From the IMG/VR virus record IMGVR_UViG_3300037458_000931, positions 1 through 54,209 of that record: 54,209 bases of DNA; one strand, 5' to 3'. The DNA comes from a virus. Lineage: Duplodnaviria; Caudoviricetes. A program made the translations under genes and the position numbers. Below are positions 1 to 9,440 of this stretch, piece after piece (positions within the stretch are counted from its first letter, which is position 1; each line of letters opens with the position of its first letter). The notes beneath the pieces were generated by a model. It worked only from the letters and a program-made list of their open reading frames with translations, was not told where the DNA came from and did not search any database.

Positions 1-2
1 CC

Positions 3-221
3 GGTGCGAGCTTAACGTATGAAGTTCAGTATGGAACTCGTAATATGACAAGTAATGCTGAAGCTGAAACAGCCATTTTGGCTAAGGCTGATGGAACATT
101 AACAGCAAAAACTGCCAGTGATTCTTTGGCATTAACTATTCCTTGGCCATTGGCTCGGTTAAAGATTACTAGTTTTGCAAGCGGTACAGCTACTTTACGT
201 GTTGTTGAGACTGTTGCATGA
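3..221 (+). CDS. 3' part of a probable virion structural protein (truncated by the window edge)
   Basis: Open frame from position 3 (GASLTYEVQY...RLKITSFASGTATLRVVETVA) ending in a TGA that overlaps the endolysin ATG (ATGA). Not in the ORF track. Confidence 0.6.
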   Translation, partial: GASLTYEVQYGTRNMTSNAEAETAILAKADGTLTAKTASDSLALTIPWPLARLKITSFASGTATLRVVETVA

Positions 222-793
222 TTAATCGAGTCAAGCCACTTCTTGATCTTATCGCCAGGCATGAGAGTGAAAGTGCTGCTGAAGCACAGGGTGTTGAGTC
301 TGGTTATGATGTGGTGGTTTGGCAAGCGTTTAAAGTATACCCCCCGTTAAAGCCTTTAACAACTTTAATAGTTGCTGAGGTACTGGACTGGCAAGATGAA
401 GCAATTAGACGGTATAAAGAAAAACATAATTCAAGAATTGGATACAGTGCTGTAGGCCGCTATCAAATTATTAACTCCACGTTACAGGGTCTTGTTGATT
501 CTTGGTGGAAAATGAGTGATGTATTTGATGCAAGTACACAAGACATGCTTGGGCTGCAGCTGCTTCGCCGGCGGGGTTTAGATAAATGGCTGGTTGGGAG
601 GATGCACGGTGGGGATGAGTCTTTTGCTGATTCTTTATCAATGGAGTGGGCTTCGCTTCCGTATAGGACTGGAAGGTCTTATTATGATAAGGATGTGCAT
701 GGGAATAAGGCGCTAGTGTCTCGGCAGGAATTAATGTACGTACTTCAAAGAGTTAAAAAGGATGCTTTTTTGGTAGGGGAATATAAATTGTGA
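218..793 (+). CDS. Endolysin, lysozyme-superfamily muramidase
   Basis: LLDLIARHES (candidate catalytic Glu), SAVGRYQII, F..TQD and EWASLP motifs of lambda-R-like lysozymes; next to a holin. Confidence 0.85.
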   Translation: MINRVKPLLDLIARHESESAAEAQGVESGYDVVVWQAFKVYPPLKPLTTLIVAEVLDWQDEAIRRYKEKHNSRIGYSAVGRYQIINSTLQGLVDSWWKMSDVFDASTQDMLGLQLLRRRGLDKWLVGRMHGGDESFADSLSMEWASLPYRTGRSYYDKDVHGNKALVSRQELMYVLQRVKKDAFLVGEYKL

Positions 794-1179
794 ACTGGAT
801 AATCAATCGCTTGCGGGAAGCTTCTACATGGCGTGGATTGGTTTGGCTGTTAACTGTTTCCGGTGTCGCTTTACGACCTGATCAGATTGAAGCGATTGTG
901 CTAGCCGGGATGGCGCTGGCGGGCCTGATTGGAGTGTTTGTACGTGATGAAATTCGTTCGCCGGAGACCCGTACTCGTGAAACCGATATATCCGAGATCA
1001 ATTTGGTGGGACGCAGCGAATCTGTGCAAGAAAGCCATTCACTTTCTGTTTCTGGTGGCGATCCTCAGTCTTTTGATCCACCTATTATCCGGGTGCGCAC
1101 TGCTTCACTGCAACCCAACGATGAGCATCAAGACCCCGGATCCACTCTGCGGCAGGATGGCGGTGGCTACAATGGTTGA
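790..1179 (+). CDS. Holin (two N-terminal hydrophobic segments) with a long hydrophilic C-terminal extension
   Basis: GTG start overlaps the endolysin stop; RLREASTWRG motif followed by two hydrophobic segments, typical of small phage holins. Confidence 0.7.
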   Translation: MNWIINRLREASTWRGLVWLLTVSGVALRPDQIEAIVLAGMALAGLIGVFVRDEIRSPETRTRETDISEINLVGRSESVQESHSLSVSGGDPQSFDPPIIRVRTASLQPNDEHQDPGSTLRQDGGGYNG

Positions 1180-1213
1180 GTCGGTCGGGATGCAGTGTCG
1201 GGGGATGTTTTAA
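947..1213 (+). CDS. Putative lipoprotein overprinted on the holin (+1 frame), possible o-spanin-like
   Basis: ATG at 947 with GGAG at 931-934; KK, hydrophobic stretch, lipobox LLSGC; short Cys/Pro-containing mature part ending in F. Confidence 0.55.
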   Translation: MKFVRRRPVLVKPIYPRSIWWDAANLCKKAIHFLFLVAILSLLIHLLSGCALLHCNPTMSIKTPDPLCGRMAVATMVESVGMQCRGMF

Positions 1214-1438
1214 GTGTTGCGCTCTACGGCTTTGCACATTCAACAGCGTCGCTTGTATTGTGCGCACTTTGACTGGATTTTGCGCTATGCGATGACGGAA
1301 CGAGCGCGATTATTGCCGGGGTTTCTCCTGCGGCCCAATCCCGGATTTTGTTTCTATACCTATATTTTGTGTGAGACACGAAACGAAGAGTTGATTCTGG
1401 ATTCGTTGGGCTGTCTGGATTCCGATTTACTATTTTGA
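1214..1438 (+). CDS. Hypothetical protein
   Basis: Fills the gap between tightly packed + genes; no motif recognised. Confidence 0.35.
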   Translation: MLRSTALHIQQRRLYCAHFDWILRYAMTERARLLPGFLLRPNPGFCFYTYILCETRNEELILDSLGCLDSDLLF

Positions 1439-1447
1439 GGCAATAAA

Positions 1448-1828
1448 ATGAAAAAGCTTTTTCTCGGTTTGTTGTTTGCTCCAGCGCTGTCTATCGCCTG
1501 TGGCGATGCCGCGTTTGGCCCGGATTACAGCGCCGAACCCTGTCCGGTTATTGTGGCTCCCACATGGATTCCGCTGGAGGGACATAATCGAGATATTTGG
1601 CTCGGCTCCAAGCCAGATGGTTCGTCTCGCGGTTTGGCTCCCGTTACTGGCTATGTTGTCGATGGATTTGCAGTATTAGTAGCGACTCTTCCGAATGGTT
1701 TGAAAGTCGCTGGTATCTCAAACCAGTGCATCAGTGAATATTGCCCGAACTTGGGCGAGTGGGCGCGTCAGGATTTGCAGCAGCGAATTGACTTACTGGC
1801 GCGGTTTGCATTTCTGAATGGTGAATGA
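1448..1828 (+). CDS. Exported protein, possible lipoprotein
   Basis: GAGG RBS; MKK plus hydrophobic signal peptide ending LSIAC. Confidence 0.6.
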   Translation: MKKLFLGLLFAPALSIACGDAAFGPDYSAEPCPVIVAPTWIPLEGHNRDIWLGSKPDGSSRGLAPVTGYVVDGFAVLVATLPNGLKVAGISNQCISEYCPNLGEWARQDLQQRIDLLARFAFLNGE

Positions 1829-1853
1829 TCTTTAATATTTTGGAGTAGTAACA

Positions 1854-2417
1854 ATGGCGAACGCTGATTTTGCTGATCTGTTCAAAAAATACCCCAATCG
1901 CAATGCCGAACTGAGAGCCGTGGCGAAGTCGGCTTACGAGTTTGGTAAGACCGTCGCTCAAGAAGCCGATGCCGCTCTGGGTTCCGGGATGCACGAGTGG
2001 TCGATTGGCCGCCAGAATTCATATCTGGACTACATGACTACTCTCGTTGAGGCGATTCATGCGAAGCCGATTCCCGACCTACCCGCGACGCATCCGACCG
2101 GCTTTAACATCAATCTGGCCGAACCCTACGATATGTTCGTAGAGGACATTAACGGCGAGAATGTTCCGTTGAATGAGCAGACGGAATTGCTGGCCCAGTA
2201 TTGGATGCTGACCGCCGTGGAACTATCTCAGTCGCAGTCCGCAAGTATGGCCGGGTCGTTGACCGAGCATGACTACAAGCGGGCGATCAGCAATATCGGC
2301 GTGATGCGGAAGCTGTTGAAAGAAATGACGAGCAGGCCGGTGCTGGATTTGCCGGAAACGAGCGTTCCAGGGTCGGAATTAACCAATCCTACTTCGGCAG
2401 GTTTCAACGACAAGTGA
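1854..2417 (+). CDS. Hypothetical phage protein (helical)
   Basis: GGAG RBS, 187-aa ORF followed by a hairpin. Confidence 0.75.
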   Translation: MANADFADLFKKYPNRNAELRAVAKSAYEFGKTVAQEADAALGSGMHEWSIGRQNSYLDYMTTLVEAIHAKPIPDLPATHPTGFNINLAEPYDMFVEDINGENVPLNEQTELLAQYWMLTAVELSQSQSASMAGSLTEHDYKRAISNIGVMRKLLKEMTSRPVLDLPETSVPGSELTNPTSAGFNDK

Positions 2418-2424
2418 TAGGCGC

Positions 2425-2446
2425 AGCGAGCCTTCACCGGCTCGCT
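2425..2446 (+). other. RNA stem-loop after the stop codon (possible weak terminator or stabiliser)
   Basis: AGCGAGCC-ttcacc-GGCTCGCT followed by only a short T run. Confidence 0.5.
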
Positions 2447-2460
2447 TTGCGGAGGCTGGT

Positions 2461-2667
2461 ATGAATCCTGATAAGCGGTTAGATGTAAAAGTATCGTTGG
2501 TCATTACTGACAACGAAAAGCCTTTTTCCTCTTCAGTGGTGACGTGGGAAGACATGCCTTATGCCTACGTTCTCGACATTGAGAAGAAATTGATTGGAGC
2601 GCTGGCTGAACTGAATCAACTCGGTTATGCGATGCTCAACGCAGCCAATCCCACGCCCAGTGAATAA
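2461..2667 (+). CDS. Hypothetical protein
   Basis: GGAGG RBS, 68 aa. Confidence 0.7.
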   Translation: MNPDKRLDVKVSLVITDNEKPFSSSVVTWEDMPYAYVLDIEKKLIGALAELNQLGYAMLNAANPTPSE

Positions 2668-2668
2668 C

Positions 2669-2914
2669 ATGAAAACCTTTAGCGGTAACATCTGGTTGTT
2701 AGCGCTGCAAACGATCATCAAGATGCTAGTCGGATCGCTGGATTACGAAAGGATAAAACTTGCGGTAATCAGACTGAGTGATGCTGATATATCTGGAACG
2801 GATAAAAAGCAGATTGTTCTGAGCGAGTTTGCGTATGTTGCCGAAGCGATAGGTCGTGATTTGTTGAGTATCGCGGTCAAAACGGCAGTTTTGATGATGA
2901 GAAGTGGTAAGTAA
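2669..2914 (+). CDS. Small hydrophobic phage protein
   Basis: ATG one base after the previous stop; hydrophobic N- and C-terminal helices. Start shortened from the track ORF at 2627. Confidence 0.65.
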   Translation: MKTFSGNIWLLALQTIIKMLVGSLDYERIKLAVIRLSDADISGTDKKQIVLSEFAYVAEAIGRDLLSIAVKTAVLMMRSGK

Positions 2915-2917
2915 CCC

Positions 2918-3028
2918 ATGCCCGTCCCGTCTGGTATTGAGTCTTGTCAACAGATTGCGGTCTCGGTAGGTGCGGCGTTGCTGAATCTGGCGATTGAGAT
3001 TGCCGTGAATAGTTTGAAGGTGAAATAA
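2918..3028 (+). pseudogene. 36-aa ORF resembling the C-terminus of the preceding gene (probable remnant)
   Basis: AVSVGAALLNLAIEIAVNSLKVK aligns with AEAIGRDLLSIAVKTAVLMMRSGK of 2669..2914. Confidence 0.4.
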
Positions 3029-3029
3029 C

Positions 3030-3284
3030 ATGGCTCTACTGCTCAAGCATCAAACCGCTGCGCAATTCGTTTCCCGCTTTCGGGAAGCGTATCGCAACGC
3101 CGAACGCGAGCGCTGCGTGCAACTGGCGAAGTTCGTGATCTCCAGAATTCAGGCGGGTGATTTAACCGATGCCCAGGTTCGCAACGCCTTCGGCTTGACG
3201 GTGACGCAGTGGAATAATCTCAAGACGAAAATGAACAAATGGATTACCGCGCACAACGACCTGCAAGCGGCTGTAGGAGAATAG
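3030..3284 (+). CDS. Small tail-region protein
   Basis: AAGGTG RBS, 84 aa, in the fibre gene block. Confidence 0.7.
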   Translation: MALLLKHQTAAQFVSRFREAYRNAERERCVQLAKFVISRIQAGDLTDAQVRNAFGLTVTQWNNLKTKMNKWITAHNDLQAAVGE

Positions 3285-3286
3285 TC

Positions 3287-3505
3287 ATGCCCATTACTTC
3301 ACACTTGAAAGAAGAGTCCGTGCAGGCGAATGGCAGCAAGCATGTGGTGCTGCGCATGTACGATCAGGACGGGCGGGAATACATGATCTCGTTCTTCGCT
3401 GCGGTGGGCGTGGATGTCAATACGATCATCACGAATCGCATTGCGGAGATGGACGTGCAGTTGGCGGATCAGGAATTTGAAGCGTTAGTTGGGGCGGAAT
3501 CATGA
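3287..3505 (+). CDS. Small tail-region protein
   Basis: AGGAG RBS before ATG 3287; ATGA overlap with the next gene. Confidence 0.7.
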   Translation: MPITSHLKEESVQANGSKHVVLRMYDQDGREYMISFFAAVGVDVNTIITNRIAEMDVQLADQEFEALVGAES

Positions 3506-4839
3506 CGCTGTATTATGTCGCCAGTGATGGCGATAACTCCGATGGGTTGACCTGGGCGAAAGCGTTTACCACGTTCGCCGGGGCCGTCACGGCAGCGACC
3601 GGCGATGGCGATACCATTTACGTCGATCAGGGGTTCACTGATACGTTGTCGGCGGCTGCGACGTATACCTTTGGTAATAACGTCAACGTTATTTGCAGTA
3701 ATGATAAAAGCAACGAGCCGCCACAAACGCTAGGGACGATGGGGGTTAATAACTGGATTGGGCATGACTCGTCCACTCGCACTATTGATGTTAATGGAGC
3801 GTATCGTGTTTTTATATCGGGATTGACTTTTAGAATAGCAGGATCAAGCTCTGCATCAATGACCATCGGCTCTTCTGATGGAGCACATCTTGAATTAGAA
3901 AATTGTTATTTGTGGCTGGGTACTACTGGCACCGGCAATATAATTATTGGAGGTTCGGCTTCTTCGAGCAATAATTATATTAATCTTTCCAATACAACAT
4001 TTCGGTTCGGCGCTACCGGACATGGAATAACGAATCATTCAAATTCTAGTTTTTTAGGTTGCGTTATTTCATCTGATGGTTCCACACCAAGCGTCTTGCT
4101 AAAAGCTTCAAGTTCGGGATGTTTGATTCAATGTGTGGGATGTGATTTATCGGTGGTTACTGGAACACTGATCGCATCGCAAACCAATCGAGCGACAGAA
4201 TTCCAGTTTATTCATTGCAAACTCGGTTCTGGCGTCGCTATTTTAGCATCACAAACGCCCGCTAATAAAAGCTCGGCGCACGCTTGGCTGTACAACTGCT
4301 CGGCAGGCGATGAGCACTATAACCTGCAATATCACGACGCCTTTGGCTCGACCGTCATTGATACCGGCATCTATGCGAATAATGGCGCGAGCTATGACGG
4401 CACGAATCGCTGTAGCTGGAAAATCGTCACCACGGCGAATTGCAGTTACACCACGCCTTATGTGAGTCCGTGGATTGATTGCTATCACTCCGGAACTTCG
4501 GCGATTACGCCCTCGCTGGAAATTGTCCGTTCAGGGAGTGCTACGGCGTATCAGAACGATGAAGTGTGGGGTGAATTCAGTTATCAGGGTACGTCCGGCT
4601 TTCCGCTCGCCACGATTGTCTCTGATCGAAAAGCCCTGCTCGCCGCAGCGGCGGATCAGACCACCGGGGCGCTGGATGCGAGTGGTTGGACCGGCGAAAA
4701 CGCGACCTCCTGGTTCGGTAAACTGAACCCGACCTCGGCGATTACCCCGGCGGAAATTGGCCACCTGCGCGCCCGTGTGGTGGTAGGCGAACCGTCGATC
4801 ACCGTGCACGTAGACCCGACTATTCGAGGCCGGAGTTAG
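3502..4839 (+). CDS. Tailspike-like beta-helix protein (putative receptor-binding protein)
   Basis: N-terminal YYVASDGDNSDGLTWAKAFTT resembles the cap of pectin-lyase-like beta-helices; G/S/N/C-rich strand repeats follow. Confidence 0.65.
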   Translation: MTLYYVASDGDNSDGLTWAKAFTTFAGAVTAATGDGDTIYVDQGFTDTLSAAATYTFGNNVNVICSNDKSNEPPQTLGTMGVNNWIGHDSSTRTIDVNGAYRVFISGLTFRIAGSSSASMTIGSSDGAHLELENCYLWLGTTGTGNIIIGGSASSSNNYINLSNTTFRFGATGHGITNHSNSSFLGCVISSDGSTPSVLLKASSSGCLIQCVGCDLSVVTGTLIASQTNRATEFQFIHCKLGSGVAILASQTPANKSSAHAWLYNCSAGDEHYNLQYHDAFGSTVIDTGIYANNGASYDGTNRCSWKIVTTANCSYTTPYVSPWIDCYHSGTSAITPSLEIVRSGSATAYQNDEVWGEFSYQGTSGFPLATIVSDRKALLAAAADQTTGALDASGWTGENATSWFGKLNPTSAITPAEIGHLRARVVVGEPSITVHVDPTIRGRS

Positions 4840-4842
4840 TCG

Positions 4843-6081
4843 ATGGCGATCAACCGCGTTACGCCCTCCGGCTGGTTAGAAGAAACCGGAACGCTTTCGC
4901 GGGTCACGCCCTTTGGCTGGGTGCAGGAAACGACGAGCACAGGTTCTGGTGCAAGCGTTACTGTTCCTACAGCGGGAATTGTTGTTGCTGCTTCTACTCC
5001 AACGATTCAAACAGGCAGCGCAGTAGTTTCTCCAATTGGCGCGATTACTGTTTCGGCCATTGCCCCATCGTTAGGCCAAGGATCGTCGATAATTGTTCCA
5101 TCGGTTGCGGTAGTTATTGCTGGATTAACCCCTACAATTCAATCCGGTGTTAGTTTTGTTTCTCAGGCAGCAAATGTTGCAGTAGTAGGAAGTCCTCCTT
5201 CGCTGGCGACCGGGGTTAGTTTCGCTGTTCCGAGTGCGGTAGTCTCTATCGATACCGCTGCCCCGCTGATTACAACCACATCAATTACTGAAGTAGTAGT
5301 TCCCGCCGCCGCAATCACTGTCAGCGCCCTTCGTCCCTGCGTGAATGGCTACTGGCGCACGGCGGACGAAACCGATGTTACCGCTGATGAAACTTCGCTT
5401 ACCGTAGACCATACCTGTTCGCCATTTGCGAATGTCGGGCTGTTGCCAGTCGCAGTGACTATTGCAGCGATTGTGCCTTCGTTGGGCCAAGGCGTTACGG
5501 TGACGGTTCCCGCTGTAGCCGTCAATCTAGATATAGCGCCCCCGGCGATTAATACGGGCACCTCGCTCAGTGTGCCTGCGGCAGGAGTCGCGGTCGCGAG
5601 TACGGCTCCGACGATTACTGTAGCAACCGCCGTAAATGTTCCGGCAGCAACGGTTCAAGTCGCTTCGTCGGCTCCTCAGATTTCAACCGCAGCAGTGGTA
5701 GCGATTCCTTCGTCCGCCGTTACGGTATCAGCAGTAGCGCCAAATGTCGGGCAAGCTGCGGTGGTTCAAGTCCCTGCGGCCTCGGTTGAAGTGGCTTCGT
5801 CGGCTCCAACGGTCAACACGGCCACGATTCTCCCGTTCCCCGCCTCAGTCGCCGTGGCGTCTCTGGTTCCAGCAGTATTGACTGGCGCATCGCTGACAGT
5901 TCCAAGCGCCACGATCCTGATCTTTGCTCGGAAACCTGCCGTGTATATGGGTGAATTCCCTCTTGGTGTGGATCGTCCAGGACTGCAATCCGATACCGCT
6001 TTGTCAGGACTGCAATCGGCGACGAAACGCTTGACCGTCTTGCAAGCCTCACCCCGCAACCTTCTTCGGAGAGCCGCATGA
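4843..6081 (+). CDS. Repetitive tail fibre/shaft protein
   Basis: Many ~21-aa repeats of the form VxVPAAxVxVxxxAPxI; V/A/T/S/P-rich. Confidence 0.7.
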   Translation: MAINRVTPSGWLEETGTLSRVTPFGWVQETTSTGSGASVTVPTAGIVVAASTPTIQTGSAVVSPIGAITVSAIAPSLGQGSSIIVPSVAVVIAGLTPTIQSGVSFVSQAANVAVVGSPPSLATGVSFAVPSAVVSIDTAAPLITTTSITEVVVPAAAITVSALRPCVNGYWRTADETDVTADETSLTVDHTCSPFANVGLLPVAVTIAAIVPSLGQGVTVTVPAVAVNLDIAPPAINTGTSLSVPAAGVAVASTAPTITVATAVNVPAATVQVASSAPQISTAAVVAIPSSAVTVSAVAPNVGQAAVVQVPAASVEVASSAPTVNTATILPFPASVAVASLVPAVLTGASLTVPSATILIFARKPAVYMGEFPLGVDRPGLQSDTALSGLQSATKRLTVLQASPRNLLRRAA

Positions 6082-6437
6082 GTAGTTTAAAAGAAACCGT
6101 CTATGTTGGGCGAAATAATGCTATTCGGCTGATCCTGAATGAAGATGGTGTTGACTTTCATACCGCTTATCCAGATGTTGATCCTACAAGGTGGGTACTC
6201 ACGATCAATACTGTCCCTGAGATTGAGATTGATTCGGATACGAATCCCGAAGCGTTTGATTGGGATGAGACGACTTCGGTGTTGGAATTGCGACTCGGGT
6301 TATTACTCTCGACCGCTTTTAATTATACGACCGCCATTCTCACGGTGTATTCCGCGCAATGGCCCGAAGGTATGGTGTGGGTAAATCCTACTTGCACCCC
6401 TGATAAATTACTGATTCGCGTCTGCGATCAAGTGTGA
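6078..6437 (+). CDS. Tail-region beta-sandwich protein
   Basis: ATGA overlap, GGAG RBS, beta-strand pattern. Confidence 0.65.
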   Translation: MSSLKETVYVGRNNAIRLILNEDGVDFHTAYPDVDPTRWVLTINTVPEIEIDSDTNPEAFDWDETTSVLELRLGLLLSTAFNYTTAILTVYSAQWPEGMVWVNPTCTPDKLLIRVCDQV

Positions 6438-6448
6438 GGATTTAAATC

Positions 6449-6889
6449 ATGGCTGTCACGATTACCCTGTACAACCACACCGTTTCCCGTTTCGCCTCTG
6501 GCGCGAATGCGGTCGGCGATACCTACAAAATCAATCTGTATTCAGTGTTTGATTTTGACGCCGCCGATACTACTAAAGCCTTGGCGGAAGGGGGAGCTAC
6601 GCAGCTATCGACGGCTAATGGCTATACGCAGGATGACAAAGCGCTGGCCGATGTTGCCGTAAGTGTTGTCACTACCAACGATGCCAAGTTTGATGCAACG
6701 GATGTCAGTTGGACGGCTTCGGGCGGCGATATTGGCCCGGCTAGTTATGCGTTGATCTACAACGATACGGATGCCGACGATCCTCCTGTGGCCTATATCG
6801 CGTTTGGGGAAGCGAAAACGGCGAATACGGGAACCCCATTCAATATCACCTGGGACGCGGCAGGGATTGTCACCTTCACTTACACCTGA
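6449..6889 (+). CDS. Putative tail structural protein
   Basis: GAGGA RBS; GYTQ, FDATDVSWTASGG and YND/F.I.W...GI pattern common in small phage tail proteins. Confidence 0.7.
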   Translation: MAVTITLYNHTVSRFASGANAVGDTYKINLYSVFDFDAADTTKALAEGGATQLSTANGYTQDDKALADVAVSVVTTNDAKFDATDVSWTASGGDIGPASYALIYNDTDADDPPVAYIAFGEAKTANTGTPFNITWDAAGIVTFTYT

Positions 6890-6897
6890 GAATCGCC

Positions 6898-7101
6898 ATG
6901 ACTGATTCGCGATACCGGATTACTGATGAGTACGATTATACCATTTGCGCGCATGTGTTTGATCGGTATCCGAATCAGATTGTTCGGCTGGCGGCTCCTG
7001 ATGGCGAAACGATCATGGGGTGCGTACCTCATGAGATTCATCATCCACTGCGTGAAGTGCATCTCAAGCGCAGTTTTTTTGACCCGTATGCGAAGGATTA
7101 G
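6898..7101 (+). CDS. Hypothetical protein
   Basis: GAG RBS, fits between neighbours. Confidence 0.55.
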   Translation: MTDSRYRITDEYDYTICAHVFDRYPNQIVRLAAPDGETIMGCVPHEIHHPLREVHLKRSFFDPYAKD

Positions 7102-7103
7102 GT

Positions 7104-8117
7104 ATGGCACAGCAAACAATTAGCATCGGTACGACTGCCAATGACGGCACGGGCGATACGCTGCGGGATGCCTTTGATAAAGCGAATGATAATTTCACTG
7201 AGTTGTATGCTTCTGGCGGTGGCGGCGATCTCGTGGATGATACCACCCCGCAACTCGGCGGCGATCTCGACCTGAATGGGAACCAGATTACTGGCAGTGG
7301 CGGCACCGTCACCACTTCGCAACCGATTATCGATGTTTCGCAGACGTGGAATAATGCCGCAGTCACGTTCACCGGGATTAAGGCCAATATTACCAGTACC
7401 GCCAGTGCGGAGGCGAGTAAACTGCTGGATTTGCAGGTTGGAGGGACAAGCAAAGTCTTTGTCAATAAAGAAGGAATAGTTAATATTATAAATACATCTC
7501 ATACTATCCAACATGTTAATGACTGGCTTGTACTAAAAGGCGCCACTGGAATTTATTTTGCAACATCCGCGCATTTTGGTGTCAGGGCCGACGGAAAGGT
7601 ATTGCTAGGGGGTGGCGTCGCACTGGGGTGGGGAAATACTAACGCAACAGGTGATCAAATTCTGGTCCTAATAAATGACGATAACGATGTCCTTGCCCAA
7701 CGAAGAACTACCAACCCTCAAACCTATCGCCTTTACAACACCTACACCAACGCCAGTAACTACGAGCGATTGGCGCTTAAGTGGGGGTCTAATGTCTGCA
7801 CGATTACTACCGAAGCATTAGGCACTGGCACCCTACGTGGGCTAAAGATTGGCGAAGCCGTCACCAGTCTGGTCGGTTTTTACGGCGTGACCCCGGTGGT
7901 TCAGCAAGCCAGCGCCGATCAGGCGGTGGTCACTCTCGGTAATGCGAACAGTGAAATTAGCGACCTGACCTTTTCTGCCAGCCCGACGCAAGGCGAATGT
8001 CAGGCATTGCGGGACAAGTGCGAAGAACTCGCAGACGACGTGCGAGCGTTATCGACTTTGGTGCATTCCTTACGGACTGCGTTACTCAACACCGGCCTGA
8101 TCAAAGGCGCGGCTTAA
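7104..8117 (+). CDS. Tail or head fibre protein
   Basis: N-terminal IGTTANDGTGDTLRDAFDKANDNFTELY attachment motif, DTTPQLGGDLDLNG fibre motif, C-terminal coiled coil ending GLIKGAA. Confidence 0.75.
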   Translation: MAQQTISIGTTANDGTGDTLRDAFDKANDNFTELYASGGGGDLVDDTTPQLGGDLDLNGNQITGSGGTVTTSQPIIDVSQTWNNAAVTFTGIKANITSTASAEASKLLDLQVGGTSKVFVNKEGIVNIINTSHTIQHVNDWLVLKGATGIYFATSAHFGVRADGKVLLGGGVALGWGNTNATGDQILVLINDDNDVLAQRRTTNPQTYRLYNTYTNASNYERLALKWGSNVCTITTEALGTGTLRGLKIGEAVTSLVGFYGVTPVVQQASADQAVVTLGNANSEISDLTFSASPTQGECQALRDKCEELADDVRALSTLVHSLRTALLNTGLIKGAA

Positions 8118-8135
8118 TCTTTATCGGGAGGTTTT

Positions 8136-8405
8136 ATGGCAGTTTTAGTCAAGATCAACAACGGGCATCGCGTCGGCAATCAGCTTTTATTTGCGCTTGC
8201 GCAGATTCGGGATGGGCTGGCAGTCTTTGAAAAATATGATGGGATGCGCGCTCAGACGATTGGAACCAGTCTACCGACCTTTGAGAGCACTTTCGGCGTT
8301 GCAGAAAATGGGCAGGCGTTTTCGGATCGGTGGGCGAGTATTGCTGCTGGTAATTACGCAGGATTGCTAGATTTCATTGACGCGACGCTGACGACTGACG
8401 ATTGA
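8136..8405 (+). CDS. Hypothetical protein (fibre-associated)
   Basis: GGAGG RBS, 89 aa. Confidence 0.7.
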   Translation: MAVLVKINNGHRVGNQLLFALAQIRDGLAVFEKYDGMRAQTIGTSLPTFESTFGVAENGQAFSDRWASIAAGNYAGLLDFIDATLTTDD

Positions 8406-8411
8406 GCCAAG

Positions 8412-8810
8412 ATGGACGGTATCACTCGACTCCATGAAGACGAAGACGACGATGACCCCGAAGAACTGATGGTCAACTTACATAAAGACCGCCGTTCCGG
8501 GACTGATCGTCGTCTCGGGGTGAGTTCCAATTCCCTGGCGCGTCTTGATATTGAGCGGGAATACCGGGCGGAGATTCGGCAGTTGCGGGATGAGGAAACC
8601 TGCAAGGATGCGCAGATTGCCGAACTCAAAGCAGAGTTAGCGATGATTCGGGAATGGCAGAGGGACAAGGAAGAGACCCTGCAAGCGGCGAAGATTATTG
8701 TTCATGCAGGAACCGCCCTCAAGTTTACCATCATGATTCTCATTGGTGTCACGGCAGCGATTGGCGGGATTGCGGCGAGTCTGGAGGCGTTTAAAGCGTG
8801 GTTTCGCTAA
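8412..8810 (+). CDS. Membrane protein (coiled coil plus C-terminal TM)
   Basis: Acidic N-terminus, DRR motifs, heptad region, hydrophobic FTIMILIGVTAAIGGIAA. Confidence 0.65.
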   Translation: MDGITRLHEDEDDDDPEELMVNLHKDRRSGTDRRLGVSSNSLARLDIEREYRAEIRQLRDEETCKDAQIAELKAELAMIREWQRDKEETLQAAKIIVHAGTALKFTIMILIGVTAAIGGIAASLEAFKAWFR

Positions 8811-9301
8811 AGCACTGGTGGATAAACACCTGCCGGTTTTGTCACTGGATTGATCGCCTTATTTCCGTAGGTTTGCGGTTGTTGATCCTGGGACTGTCAA
8901 TCTACGGTGGGTATCTGGTGTTGTATTGGGTAGAAGATACTTCGCCGGTGGTGATTTTTGATTTGGGTGAAGTCACTCCAAGTACTGGACGTCCGAATGA
9001 AGTGTTGATTTTCTATCAGCCCATTCGCAAGGAAAGAAACTGTTGGGGTGTGGTGAGAAGAGTGCTGGTGGGTGATTGTGGGCTATTCGTGATCAGTGAA
9101 TCGCCTTCTTGGCTACCGGCTCCTTGGCACGGACGGTTGACCTACGCCGTTCAAATCCCTCCCGAGGCGATTCCGGGGCCGTGTGGGTTTCAGGTCATTG
9201 GCCGGTTTGTTTGTAATCCGCTGGACTTGGTGGCAAAGCCACGACTGGTGGCGAGTACGCCCATTCAGTTTCAGGTATTACGCTATGACCAAAGTCAGTG
9301 A
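8798..9301 (+). CDS. Single-TM membrane protein with Cys-containing beta domain
   Basis: GGAGG before GTG; TM LLILGLSIYGGYLVLYW; four Cys downstream. Confidence 0.65.
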   Translation: MVSLKHWWINTCRFCHWIDRLISVGLRLLILGLSIYGGYLVLYWVEDTSPVVIFDLGEVTPSTGRPNEVLIFYQPIRKERNCWGVVRRVLVGDCGLFVISESPSWLPAPWHGRLTYAVQIPPEAIPGPCGFQVIGRFVCNPLDLVAKPRLVASTPIQFQVLRYDQSQ

Positions 9302-9440
9302 GCCGAAAAAAGTCCCGCCACCGATTGAACCCTCGGGCTTGCAGGCGACGATTGACCCGAAAACCGGCTGCGTTCTTCCTGCGCCGTTTCGGGATCGGGA
9401 CGGGCGATTACTCGAATGGATACCGTGGAATGAACTTTGA
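9285..9440 (+). CDS. Small hypothetical protein
   Basis: AGGT before ATG 9285; 51 aa. Confidence 0.4.
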   Translation: MTKVSEPKKVPPPIEPSGLQATIDPKTGCVLPAPFRDRDGRLLEWIPWNEL

